Positions 9,209-17,918 of a stretch of DNA of 40,191 nucleotides are shown piece after piece. Source of the DNA: Bacteroidota bacterium (GTDB lineage: Bacteria > Bacteroidota > Bacteroidia > Chitinophagales > Saprospiraceae); assembly GCA_003648285.1 (NCBI GenBank), contig QMOR01000001.1, forward strand, positions 1-40,191. The letters are read 5' to 3'. Numbering within the stretch: position 1 is the first letter of the stretch; each line of letters starts with the position of its first letter. The notes beneath the pieces were generated by a model. That model was given only the letters and a program-made list of their open reading frames with translations, ran no database searches and had not been told where the DNA came from. Both the position numbers and the translations under genes were made by a program.

Positions 9209-10114
9209 CTAATCATCACTGTGCATCAAGTCCAGAATGTGATTCAGAGAATCATCATCGTTGAAGTGAATAACGATCGTACCGGAACCTTTCTGACTTC
9301 TTTTTAACGCGACTTTGGATCCAAAAAATCCAGACAATTCGTCTTGTATACGCCGGATCTCGGGGTTGATTGTCGTCTTGCCAGCAGGCTTATGGCCCGT
9401 AGATGCACCGGATTCACGTTTGCGTATGAGCTCCTCGAGACTCCGCACAGACAAGTCATCAGCCCGCAATTTTTTAAAGATGTGTAGCTGTTCAACCAAA
9501 TCCGTGATACCAGCCAATGCTCTGGCATGGCCCATCGATATCTCTTTTACCCGCACTGCCTGTTGAATTTCAGGAGGTAGTTTGAGCAGTCGCAGATAAT
9601 TCGTTACAGTGCTCCGGTTTTTTCCCAGACGCGAAGACAATTGTTCATGCGTCAGATTGCACTCTACAATCAGGCGATTCATAGAGATGGAAACTTCGAG
9701 CGCATTCAAATCCTCCCTCTGAATATTCTCTACAAGAGCCATCTCAAGAAGAAGTTGATCGTCCGCAACACGGATATATGCCGGAACAGACTCAAGTCCC
9801 GCAATTTTTGAGGCCCTGAAGCGTCGCTCACCCGCTATGATCTGGTAACTATTCTCACTTAGCCGCCGCAGTGTCAATGGCTGTATGATGCCATGCGTCC
9901 TGATTGATTGCGCCAGGCTTTCGATCGCCTCGCTCTCAAAGTCTTTTCTCGGTTGGAATGGGTTTGCCTCAATCCACTCAAGCGGAATCAAGGCCACATG
10001 TTTGCTCAATTCTTTTGACAGGGTTTTACGGTCGACTTCCTGCTCGGCATCCATGCTGGTTAATAATGCCCTGATACCTTTCCCTAATTGTTTCTTATTG
10101 CTTTCTTTCTTCAT
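9209..10114 (-). CDS. parB: Chromosome partitioning protein ParB/Spo0J
   Basis: ParB box IIAGERRFRASK, an HTH region (RSTVTNYLRLLKLP), and location 13 bp downstream of parA. Confidence 0.95.
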   Translation of the reverse strand: MKKESNKKQLGKGIRALLTSMDAEQEVDRKTLSKELSKHVALIPLEWIEANPFQPRKDFESEAIESLAQSIRTHGIIQPLTLRRLSENSYQIIAGERRFRASKIAGLESVPAYIRVADDQLLLEMALVENIQREDLNALEVSISMNRLIVECNLTHEQLSSRLGKNRSTVTNYLRLLKLPPEIQQAVRVKEISMGHARALAGITDLVEQLHIFKKLRADDLSVRSLEELIRKRESGASTGHKPAGKTTINPEIRRIQDELSGFFGSKVALKRSQKGSGTIVIHFNDDDSLNHILDLMHSDD

Positions 10115-10127
10115 GGTTTCAGTTCCG

Positions 10128-10940
10128 CTATTTTTCTACCGCCTCCGATTTATTGTCATTGCTCACAACAGATCCTTCCTCATTTCTCGACAAAAATTCC
10201 TTGGCAAGTTTCAAAAAATTCCTGCTCCCTTTGCTTGTAATCGCATATAATAGCACCGGCACCTGCATATTGGGCGCTTCGCTGATCTTCGAATTCCTGT
10301 GTATGATCGTGTCGAAGACATAGTCCTTCGAATTGTCCTGCACCTCTTTAACCACAATTTTACCCAGCCTCAGACGGCGATCAAACATCGACAAGACCAC
10401 TCCCTCAATCTTCAGGTCGGGATTGAGTTGTTCCTGTACCAATCTTATGGTGTTCTTTAGCTTGCTAAGCCCCTCCAGTGCAAAAATTTCTGTTTGCAAC
10501 GGAATAAGCACTGAATCTGCCGCAGTGAGCGCATTGAGCGTCAATAGTCCCAGGGAAGGCATACAATCGATGATGATATAGTCGTAGTCATCTTTGACCT
10601 TGTCAATCACTCCTTTTAAGATATACTCGCGCCTCAATCGGCTCACAATTTCAATTTCTGCACCAACCAGATCGATGTGAGATGGAATGATGTCGAGGTT
10701 TGGTGTGTCTGTGGAGTGAATAGCTTTGCTCGGATCCAGACCGGAAATCATACAACTGTAAATGCTGTTTTCGAGATGATGTACATCTATGCCAAGGCCT
10801 GAACTACAATTTGCCTGTGGGTCTGCATCGATCAGCAGTACGCGCTTCTCCAGAATTGCCAGACTTGCACCGAGATTGATGGCTGTTGTCGTTTTTCCGA
10901 CACCCCCTTTTTGATTCGCTATGGCTACAACTTTTCCCAT
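10128..10940 (-). CDS. parA: Chromosome partitioning ATPase ParA/Soj
   Basis: Deviant Walker A VAIANQKGGVGKTTTAINL. Also LLIDADPQAN and IIIDCMPSLG. Confidence 0.95.
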   Translation of the reverse strand: MGKVVAIANQKGGVGKTTTAINLGASLAILEKRVLLIDADPQANCSSGLGIDVHHLENSIYSCMISGLDPSKAIHSTDTPNLDIIPSHIDLVGAEIEIVSRLRREYILKGVIDKVKDDYDYIIIDCMPSLGLLTLNALTAADSVLIPLQTEIFALEGLSKLKNTIRLVQEQLNPDLKIEGVVLSMFDRRLRLGKIVVKEVQDNSKDYVFDTIIHRNSKISEAPNMQVPVLLYAITSKGSRNFLKLAKEFLSRNEEGSVVSNDNKSEAVEK

Positions 10941-10945
10941 TTCAA

Positions 10946-11626
10946 TCAGACTTCAATTTCTTTTCCTATTTCCAGAAGAATGAGTTCCTTGTTATTCTGA
11001 GAGAACAAATCTTTGGCATCATCATGATCGATTTCAATATATGGGAATGTATCAAAATGACATCCTAATACTCTATCGCATTTGACAAAATCAGAAGCGA
11101 TTTCAGCATCTGCATAACCCATTGTAAAGTTATCACCGATTGGCAACACCGCGAGGTCCACGGCAGGGCAGGAGAAAGGGATAAGTTGCATGTCCATTGT
11201 AAGCGCTGTATCGCCTGCGATATACACACATCCTTCGTCATTCCACAATACGAATCCGCCGGGGTTTCCGCCACCCGTACCGTCAGGGAGAGTGCTGCTG
11301 TGCACCGCGTTGACATACTTCACAGTGCCCCATTCAAATTCCTTTTGACCACCATGATTCATAGGATGACCTTCTACGCCCTGTTTACCAAACCACTCGA
11401 CGATCTCGAAGTTCGAGACGATGGTCGCTCCGGTTCGATCGGCGATGGCCTTCACGTCGGCGACATGATCTGCATGACCATGCGTAATCAGTATCACATC
11501 TGCATCAAGGGTATTGATATCGATATGACTAGCCTGTGGATTAGGCGAAATAAAAGGATCGACGAGAATGGTGACATCCTTCGTTCGTATTTGCAGACTT
11601 GCGTGACCTAGATATCTGATGATCAT
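10946..11626 (-). CDS. Metal-dependent hydrolase, metallo-beta-lactamase fold (UPF0173-like)
   Basis: MIIRYLGHASLQI N-terminus and an ILITHGHADHVAD metal-binding motif. It lies 5 bp upstream of parA on the same strand. Confidence 0.85.
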   Translation of the reverse strand: MIIRYLGHASLQIRTKDVTILVDPFISPNPQASHIDINTLDADVILITHGHADHVADVKAIADRTGATIVSNFEIVEWFGKQGVEGHPMNHGGQKEFEWGTVKYVNAVHSSTLPDGTGGGNPGGFVLWNDEGCVYIAGDTALTMDMQLIPFSCPAVDLAVLPIGDNFTMGYADAEIASDFVKCDRVLGCHFDTFPYIEIDHDDAKDLFSQNNKELILLEIGKEIEV

Positions 11627-11658
11627 GACTCTGATTTTGTGTCAACCTGACTTGAGCA

Positions 11659-11666
11659 CAAATGTA
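11659..11666 (-). promoter_or_regulatory. Candidate Bacteroidota sigma-A -7 box (TAnnTTTG)
   Basis: The plus strand reads CAAATGTA, which is TACATTTG on the minus strand. It sits 33 nt upstream of the ATG at 11626. Confidence 0.35.
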
Positions 11667-11727
11667 ATCAGGAATCAAAGATTGGAGTGCAGTATGGATG
11701 TGAAATTCAAAAAAGGGAAAGGCGCGT

Positions 11728-12156
11728 TCAGTTTTTAATGAATCGGAGTGATTTGACGACTGCATCATCTTGCAAAACACGCACAACATACGTGCCTGTG
11801 TGCCAACCGCTGACGTTGTGAGACCAGGTGTTTGATCCACCAGAGAGTCGAAAGGATTCTCCTTCGACGAGAATATTGCCCAGTATATCGTAAACGATCA
11901 CTTTGCCAGTTGTACCACTTCCGGAAAGAGTGACATACAGGTCGCTGCTGGAAGGGTTGGGGTGTACCTTGACGGTGGCAGGCCTGTTTTGCAAACCAAA
12001 ATCCACTTCGACTCCACGGATATCAGCCGTCAATACCCTGTGACCTTCAATAGATGCAATTGAGATGTCCATTGCATCATGTACATCAGACTCAGTGGCT
12101 ATCTGGCCAATGACCATGAATGGAACACATAAAAACGCAAGTACAAGTAATCTCAT
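11728..12156 (-). CDS. Small secreted protein: signal peptide, about 50 aa, then a T9SS C-terminal sorting domain
   Basis: MRLLVLAFLCVPFMVIGQ signal peptide. CTD-like VKVHPNPSSSDLYVTL...GTYVVRVLQDD...RFIKN. The ATG at 12156 is preferred over the TTG at 12162. Confidence 0.7.
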   Translation of the reverse strand: MRLLVLAFLCVPFMVIGQIATESDVHDAMDISIASIEGHRVLTADIRGVEVDFGLQNRPATVKVHPNPSSSDLYVTLSGSGTTGKVIVYDILGNILVEGESFRLSGGSNTWSHNVSGWHTGTYVVRVLQDDAVVKSLRFIKN

Positions 12157-12361
12157 GAACAACGATTATATTACGAATATAACACATTTATAAATTGTTG
12201 ACACACATGCCGTTCTACTTTATTTAGAATAATTTTGATTCTCCCGCGGCAAGGCTGCTTGTATCGACAAGAATGTATGATATGCAACAAGAAAGAAGAT
12301 TTTGACTTTGAAGGAATGTACATTTACACCCGCTCAAGCAAAGCTTTGGAGAAAAGTAATA

Positions 12362-13063
12362 ATGGCAAAACAGCTTGTAATATTTAAGGATATAGGCCGG
12401 GTAGACTACCAGGAGGCGTGGGATTTACAGACTGTCCTGAATAAGGAGTTAATTACTTCAAAGCGATCCTCTGAAGACGGCATCGGGGTCATCCCGCATC
12501 AATTGCTCTTTTGCGAACATCCGGCAGTGTATACGCTGGGCAGGAGCGGTTCTGAGAATCATTTGATGATAGATAAAGCAGGATTGGAAGCTATCGATGC
12601 GAAGTATTACAAGATCAACAGGGGAGGAGATATCACGTTTCACGGGCCGGGTCAGGTAGTGGGGTATCCGATATTCGATCTCGATAGGTTTTTTACAGAT
12701 GTGCACAAGTACGTACGCGCTCTGGAGGAAGTGGTCATCAGACTCTTGGCGAGCTACGATATTGAGGGCCACAGGATTAAAGAATACACGGGTGTATGGT
12801 TGTCCGATGACAATGTCGAATGGCGAAAGATCTGCGCGATAGGCGTGCATTTGAGTAGATGGGTGACAATGCATGGATTTGCGCTGAATGTAAATACTGA
12901 TCTGAGTTACTTTTCTCACATTGTGCCTTGTGGGATTGATGCACCGAATACATCTGTTACCACGCTTCAGATCGAATTGGGCCGCGAGGTTTCAATAGCC
13001 GAGGTGAAGAGCAGACTTAAAGATATCTTCGCGGAAGTTTTTGATTTTGACTACACGAATTGA
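12362..13063 (+). CDS. lipB: Lipoyl(octanoyl) transferase
   Basis: RGGDITFHGPGQVVGYP and KICAIGVH (catalytic Lys and Cys context). The ATG at 12362 (MAKQLVIF) is preferred over the TTG at 12302. Confidence 0.9.
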   Translation: MAKQLVIFKDIGRVDYQEAWDLQTVLNKELITSKRSSEDGIGVIPHQLLFCEHPAVYTLGRSGSENHLMIDKAGLEAIDAKYYKINRGGDITFHGPGQVVGYPIFDLDRFFTDVHKYVRALEEVVIRLLASYDIEGHRIKEYTGVWLSDDNVEWRKICAIGVHLSRWVTMHGFALNVNTDLSYFSHIVPCGIDAPNTSVTTLQIELGREVSIAEVKSRLKDIFAEVFDFDYTN

Positions 13064-13079
13064 TTTAAAAAACTGAATA

Positions 13080-13604
13080 ATGAATAGTAAAACTGTTGCT
13101 TCTTCACGTACAGTCATGACAGAACTTGTCATGCCCAACGATACGAATCCACTTGGCGACCTGATGGGGGGCAACCTGATGCGCTGGATGGATATCGCTG
13201 CGGGCATTTGCGCAGCGCGACATTGTGAAGCGCATGCTGTAACGGCTTCGGTCGACCATGTTTCATTCAGACGACCTATCCACCTTGGCAATGTGCTCAC
13301 GATTACAGCCAGTGTCACTTGTGCCTTTAATACTTCGATTGAAATTTTTATCAAGGTTGCCACAGGAAATGTCACACAGGGCGACATGCACGTCTCTAAT
13401 CATGCGTACATGACTTTTGTAGCACTTGATCCATATACGCATAAGCCAAAAACAGTTCCCAAGGTCAAGCCGGAAACAGAGCAAGAGATCAAGCTTTGTG
13501 ATGGAGCCGCACGCCGCCGTGAGTTACGGTTGATGCTGGCAGGACGAATGGAGGTGAAAGATGCCGTTGAGATTAAGGCCATGTTTTTGGAAACCGAAGA
13601 TTAG
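13080..13604 (+). CDS. Acyl-CoA thioesterase (hotdog fold, YciA-like)
   Basis: VMPNDTNPLGDLMGGNLMRWMDIAA is typical of the acyl-CoA thioesterase hotdog family. Length is 174 aa. Confidence 0.85.
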   Translation: MNSKTVASSRTVMTELVMPNDTNPLGDLMGGNLMRWMDIAAGICAARHCEAHAVTASVDHVSFRRPIHLGNVLTITASVTCAFNTSIEIFIKVATGNVTQGDMHVSNHAYMTFVALDPYTHKPKTVPKVKPETEQEIKLCDGAARRRELRLMLAGRMEVKDAVEIKAMFLETED

Positions 13605-14926
13605 CCATTGATGATCGCATCCAGATCACGCTCAAACTCTTTGACAAATGCATCATACTTGTCGGTGGCAGTTCCGTTATATCCGGTATGGATTTTAACG
13701 ACACGATTTTCGCGGTCGAGAAAAAGTAACGTCGGATAGGAAATGATGCGATTGAGCATCGGTAATTTCTCGCTGGCTGCCGCTTTGTCATTTGTGCCGG
13801 CATAGAGTATTTCATAATCAATATCAAAATAATCTATGTAGCGCCTTATTGCTGAAATCGCTTTTTCCTTGCTTGTATTTCTCTCAAATGCCAGAGCAAT
13901 TATCTCAAAATCCTTATCGGGATTATTCTTTCTGTAGTCCATTAAAAAGCCTGTTTCTTCCCTGCAGTTTGGACACCATGTGCCAAATATCTGTATGATT
14001 TTAGGCTTGCCCACATATTGTGGATCACTTAAAGTCACGATTTCACCGTCAAGGTTTGGGAATGCAAATTCAAACGTTTCATATCCCTCTTTCAAGTATG
14101 TCAGTTCGTAGGGGCTTTTCAATTCGAATGTAGAATCACGACTAGCCGTCCAATATGTTTTATGATGATTCCCGGATCGAAACACCCCACTCAATGTGCC
14201 ATCATCAAAGTACTTTGCTTCAAATATAAATGCATGGGCACCATCAAAAACCGACAGATACAGTCGATCTCCTGACATTTTTCCTTCGAGATACCGATAG
14301 TCACCAGTCTCTGTCCTGAATGTGCCTGTGACCCTGCCATTTTCTTCCTGGACAAATTTTCCAATAGCGGGATATGGATTTGGCGATTGCACTTCAAACT
14401 GCGATGCCCATTCTCCACTGATATCTGTGACTGGCGGGTCTATCATGGTAAAGCGCTCAGTCTTGCCGTGTCTCGCCCGAAAAGGAATCTTATAATCTTG
14501 ACCTCTGACCGGGACATAGTAATCACCCTCGATGGCATCCTCTTCATAACGCGCTATGATATAGGACCCATATACTGGAAATACAATGCGGATTGTATCC
14601 TTGCTGATACTGCGATCACGCCCAAAGTAGATTTCATCCACCAAAAGCCTTTCCTCTCCATTTACAAGTTCGATATGAAAGGAATCAGCCGTATCGTAAA
14701 TGACCTCAAAATTAAAGGGGAGCATACCGTTATTCTTCTCATCAAATGCCTCCTGTCCAAGATCTTGCCCGGCAAGGTTTAATGTTGCACGCCACATACC
14801 GGGAGGAATTCCACTGAATTTATTCGGAGTTTCAATACAGCCTGACAAGCTGGAGACAACGGTGAGCAACACCATTGAAACAACGTAAATAAAACTGTCT
14901 TCCCTGCGAAAAATGCTCTTCAACAT
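13601..14926 (-). CDS. TlpA-family thiol:disulfide oxidoreductase lipoprotein with a roughly 280-aa N-terminal beta-rich extension
   Basis: Lipobox VVSSLSGC. C-terminal thioredoxin fold with IFGTWCPNCREE (CxxC). The N-terminal two thirds have no motif I recognise. Its stop overlaps the convergent thioesterase stop (TTAG at 13601-13604). Confidence 0.85.
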   Translation of the reverse strand: MLKSIFRREDSFIYVVSMVLLTVVSSLSGCIETPNKFSGIPPGMWRATLNLAGQDLGQEAFDEKNNGMLPFNFEVIYDTADSFHIELVNGEERLLVDEIYFGRDRSISKDTIRIVFPVYGSYIIARYEEDAIEGDYYVPVRGQDYKIPFRARHGKTERFTMIDPPVTDISGEWASQFEVQSPNPYPAIGKFVQEENGRVTGTFRTETGDYRYLEGKMSGDRLYLSVFDGAHAFIFEAKYFDDGTLSGVFRSGNHHKTYWTASRDSTFELKSPYELTYLKEGYETFEFAFPNLDGEIVTLSDPQYVGKPKIIQIFGTWCPNCREETGFLMDYRKNNPDKDFEIIALAFERNTSKEKAISAIRRYIDYFDIDYEILYAGTNDKAAASEKLPMLNRIISYPTLLFLDRENRVVKIHTGYNGTATDKYDAFVKEFERDLDAIING

Positions 14927-15460
14927 CTATGTTTTTTCACCTTTAAAATGATGATCTTTATATTTAAACAGGACATTAAAAGTGGTCAGACTGCCATATA
15001 TCCTTGTCAGATATTGCTGAAGATTCACCTTCTCTTCGTCACTGAGATTCTTGCTGCTATTCACACGTTGTTCCATCACCCGAATGCGATCACGCACCAT
15101 GACAATTTTATGAAAAAATATGTCAATCGGAATTTCTTTATCCTGAAGTGCATCATCAGCCGAACGCAAAATCATTGTGCCACCAACCCACTTATCACCC
15201 AATGGAATACTTTCTGAAATATCACTCCAGTGCTTTAAAATCTTGATTAGCGACTTCTCAGCGTTTGAAAATGTCACATCGTCCTCGGGTTCAATATCAT
15301 CTATGATTTCCCAATCAGAATAATTTTTGGGAACAGTTTTTATTCCAAAAGTGATAAAACAGACGTCGTAGGCGATAGGGTGGAGGCGTATGACAACCCC
15401 CTGACCAAATGCAGGGTGATCGACTCTCGATCCAATCCCAAGTATGATTTGTTCAGACAT
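14927..15460 (-). CDS. Hypothetical cytoplasmic protein, 177 aa
   Basis: Clean ATG ORF. Its stop codon directly abuts the start codon of the TlpA-like gene. It starts 14 bp downstream of the symporter gene. The N-terminus GSRVDHPAFGQGVV resembles small Tudor/SH3-like beta domains. No family recognised. Confidence 0.7.
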   Translation of the reverse strand: MSEQIILGIGSRVDHPAFGQGVVIRLHPIAYDVCFITFGIKTVPKNYSDWEIIDDIEPEDDVTFSNAEKSLIKILKHWSDISESIPLGDKWVGGTMILRSADDALQDKEIPIDIFFHKIVMVRDRIRVMEQRVNSSKNLSDEEKVNLQQYLTRIYGSLTTFNVLFKYKDHHFKGEKT

Positions 15461-15474
15461 AATTCACATTAAAT

Positions 15475-16785
15475 TTAGGTTTGCGGAGGCTCGTAATTAT
15501 CATCCCATTCTTTGACATGTGGGGGGCCGATCTTGTTGAGGCTCTTTCCCACAATGAGTGCCACGGTGGCGTCACCGGTGACATTGCAAATCGTTCTGAC
15601 CATATCCAACGGACGGTCGATGGCAAAAATAAGGGCGAGTCCTGCTTCCGGTATACCAACTGTCCCCAATACGATCACGAGCATGATCATGCCGGCGCTG
15701 GGAACTGCTGCGGCGCCTATCGAGGCCAGAGTCGCTGTCACGACAATGGCCAGCTGATCCATGATTGTCAGGTCTATCCCAAAAGTCTGCGCAATAAACA
15801 CGGCGGCAATTCCCTGGTAAAGGCTCGTTCCGTCCATGTTCACTGTTGCTCCAATTGGCAGCACAAAACTGGTTACTTCTTCATCTACACCCATGTGCTC
15901 TGACACTCTTTCCATGGTCACAGGCAGAGTTGCGGCACTACTGCTCGTGGAGAACGCAACGAGCTGGGCAGGGCTGATCCCTTTGAAAAAATCAATCCAC
16001 TTAATCCCTGTGACAAGTCTGGCCAACAAAGGGTAAAACACCAAAATGAGAATTCCGAGCCCAAGCAATACGCTCAGTGCATACCACAATAAGGCCTGAA
16101 ATAGATCCAGTGTTGGTGCTTCGACCACAAGAGCTGCCATCAGGGCAAACACACCGTACGGTGCTGTGATCATGATGAGGTCAATCATCTTCAGAACTAC
16201 TTCATTAAAGCCATCAAAAAACCTCTTTACAGGTTTAGATTTTTCAGGTTTGACGAGAATAATCCCGATGGCAAAAAAGATGACGAAGAAGATGACCTGA
16301 AGCATATTGCCATTGTCAGCCAGTGCGTGAAAAATATTCCCGGGCACAAGGTCGACAAGCGGCTGGAGTGGTCCCTGTTGACTCTGCTGCTGAGCCATCT
16401 CGATCTTTGCAGTGGCATCATCGGCGTATCCGCTGAGTAATGCCTCGCGCGTTTCTTCGTTTACCGAAGCGCCCGGTTTGACAATATTAACGATAGCAAG
16501 GCCCAGCATGACGGCCAATACAGTCGTGAGCAGGTAGACACCAATTGTACGACCACCCATTCTCGACAACTGTGAAATATCCTTGAGGTCAGATATCCCT
16601 TTGATCAGTGACGCAACGATGAGTGGAACAGCAATCAGTTTTAGTGCATTTATAAAAATAGTCCCAAAGGGCTTGATCCAGTCGACTGTCAACTGTTTGA
16701 AACCAAAATTTGCGGCGAGAGCTCCGAATAGCACGCCCAGGCCCATGCCAATGAGGATTTTCCAGTGAAGTGACATTTTTTTCAT
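15475..16785 (-). CDS. Dicarboxylate/amino acid:cation symporter (DAACS, GltP-like)
   Basis: MKKMSLHWKILIGMGLGVLFG N-terminus. Also STSSSAATLPVTM, ATVNMDGTSLYQ and the DRPLDMVRTICNVTGD motif. Confidence 0.9.
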   Translation of the reverse strand: MKKMSLHWKILIGMGLGVLFGALAANFGFKQLTVDWIKPFGTIFINALKLIAVPLIVASLIKGISDLKDISQLSRMGGRTIGVYLLTTVLAVMLGLAIVNIVKPGASVNEETREALLSGYADDATAKIEMAQQQSQQGPLQPLVDLVPGNIFHALADNGNMLQVIFFVIFFAIGIILVKPEKSKPVKRFFDGFNEVVLKMIDLIMITAPYGVFALMAALVVEAPTLDLFQALLWYALSVLLGLGILILVFYPLLARLVTGIKWIDFFKGISPAQLVAFSTSSSAATLPVTMERVSEHMGVDEEVTSFVLPIGATVNMDGTSLYQGIAAVFIAQTFGIDLTIMDQLAIVVTATLASIGAAAVPSAGMIMLVIVLGTVGIPEAGLALIFAIDRPLDMVRTICNVTGDATVALIVGKSLNKIGPPHVKEWDDNYEPPQT

Positions 16786-16816
16786 AAAGTGCGAGAATAG
16801 TTAAAAATGAAAGATT

Positions 16817-16824
16817 CAAAACTA
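16817..16824 (-). promoter_or_regulatory. Candidate -7 box (TAnnTTTG)
   Basis: The plus strand reads CAAAACTA, which is TAGTTTTG on the minus strand. It sits 32 nt upstream of the ATG at 16785. Confidence 0.35.
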
Positions 16825-16845
16825 TGAAAATAGCGGGATATCAGA

Positions 16846-17526
16846 TTATGCATCATTTGGCTTCCTTAAAGTAGCTCTCACCATCTCTCGTTTACCGGGC
16901 GGACCTGGAAGTGACTCGACATCGCAACCCAGCTGTTTCAGGTTTCTCTTGAATTGTCCCTGTGCACAATAAGTAACCAGAACGCCACCGGGTGTCATTG
17001 TACCCACGATCCTGGAGAGCAACTCCAAAGTCCACAATTCACTTTGATCTCTCGGCCCGAAAGCATCATAGTAGATCAGGTCGTTGCCCGACGGCAGGGT
17101 GAGGTCTTCAACATTATCATTAAGGACCTTTAGAGAAAAATGGGCTTCAGTCAAGCCCGATGCTGCGTGCAAATGACGAAACACATTTTGTGTCGACGCA
17201 GCTTGTAGATATTCAGAATATACCAACTGTTCGATCATTGTATCGGGAAGCGGATTTGCTTCAATTCCCAAATACTCGACATCGAGGTGATATTTTTGTG
17301 TTTCAAGATAGGTGAGGAACGCATTCAGTCCGGTACCGAATCCAATTTCCAGGATTTTTAAACGAGATTTACCTTGGGCTGCAAGATATTTGAAGCCTGC
17401 CTCTATGAACACATGCCTGCTTTCAGTGACGGCTCCGTTGATACTGTGATATGTGGTTTCTCGTGTATTGTCAAGAATGGTTTGGGATCCATCACGTGTA
17501 AGTACTATTTCAAGATGATTGTGCAT
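16846..17526 (-). CDS. mnmD: tRNA (mnm5s2U34) methyltransferase, MnmD/MnmC methyltransferase-domain type
   Basis: TRDGSQTILDN..TYHSINGAVTESRHVFI, the SAM motif ILEIGFGTGLNAF, and IYYDAFGPRDQSELW. Confidence 0.8.
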   Translation of the reverse strand: MHNHLEIVLTRDGSQTILDNTRETTYHSINGAVTESRHVFIEAGFKYLAAQGKSRLKILEIGFGTGLNAFLTYLETQKYHLDVEYLGIEANPLPDTMIEQLVYSEYLQAASTQNVFRHLHAASGLTEAHFSLKVLNDNVEDLTLPSGNDLIYYDAFGPRDQSELWTLELLSRIVGTMTPGGVLVTYCAQGQFKRNLKQLGCDVESLPGPPGKREMVRATLRKPNDA

Positions 17527-17623
17527 AGACTATCTTGGATGACAAGATAACAGTCTCTGTATTTGATCTACACTAAAACCGTCAGTGGAAATAAAAATAG
17601 TACAGCAATGTGAAAACAGTCAA

Positions 17624-17761
17624 TTAGTGCCCAAAAGGCAACTGAACATTGATTGAGAAGTCAGAAGGACATCCGTATCCTTTATGACAAGAGCTCATCG
17701 AGAGTGTAGCCATGGCCAATAAAACTGCGAGAACAGCGATGCGAAATGATGGTTTTTTCAT
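17624..17761 (-). CDS. Small lipoprotein (45 aa), below the ORF-track size cut-off
   Basis: My translation is MKKPSFRIAVLAVLLAMATLSMSSCHKGYGCPSDFSINVQLPFGH*. It has a basic N-region, a hydrophobic core and a lipobox-like LSMSSC. It lies in an otherwise empty 392-bp intergenic region. Confidence 0.45.
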   Translation of the reverse strand: MKKPSFRIAVLAVLLAMATLSMSSCHKGYGCPSDFSINVQLPFGH

Positions 17762-17918
17762 GTTGTGATTCCTTTGTAAGGCGGTGTAAAAGTACAAATT
17801 TCATTCATAACCGCGATCATCCAACGCTTACATCATATGACATATTATCTTCAAGCCAGAATATTCTGAATATTTTGACGTAATTGAGAAACATAAAAAC
17901 CCGTCTTCCGGGAGATCT

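Noticed and set aside
11186-11611. 141-aa ORF antisense to the metallo-hydrolase gene, plus a similar 153-aa ORF antisense to lipB at 12458-12919
   Set aside because: Both are shadow ORFs opposite genes with clear catalytic motifs.
12230-12237. TAATTTTG as a -7 box for lipB
   Set aside because: It matches TAnnTTTG but lies 125 nt upstream of the preferred ATG at 12362, or 65 nt from the TTG at 12302. That is much farther than the 18-33 nt spacing of the other six boxes, so I did not list it as a feature.
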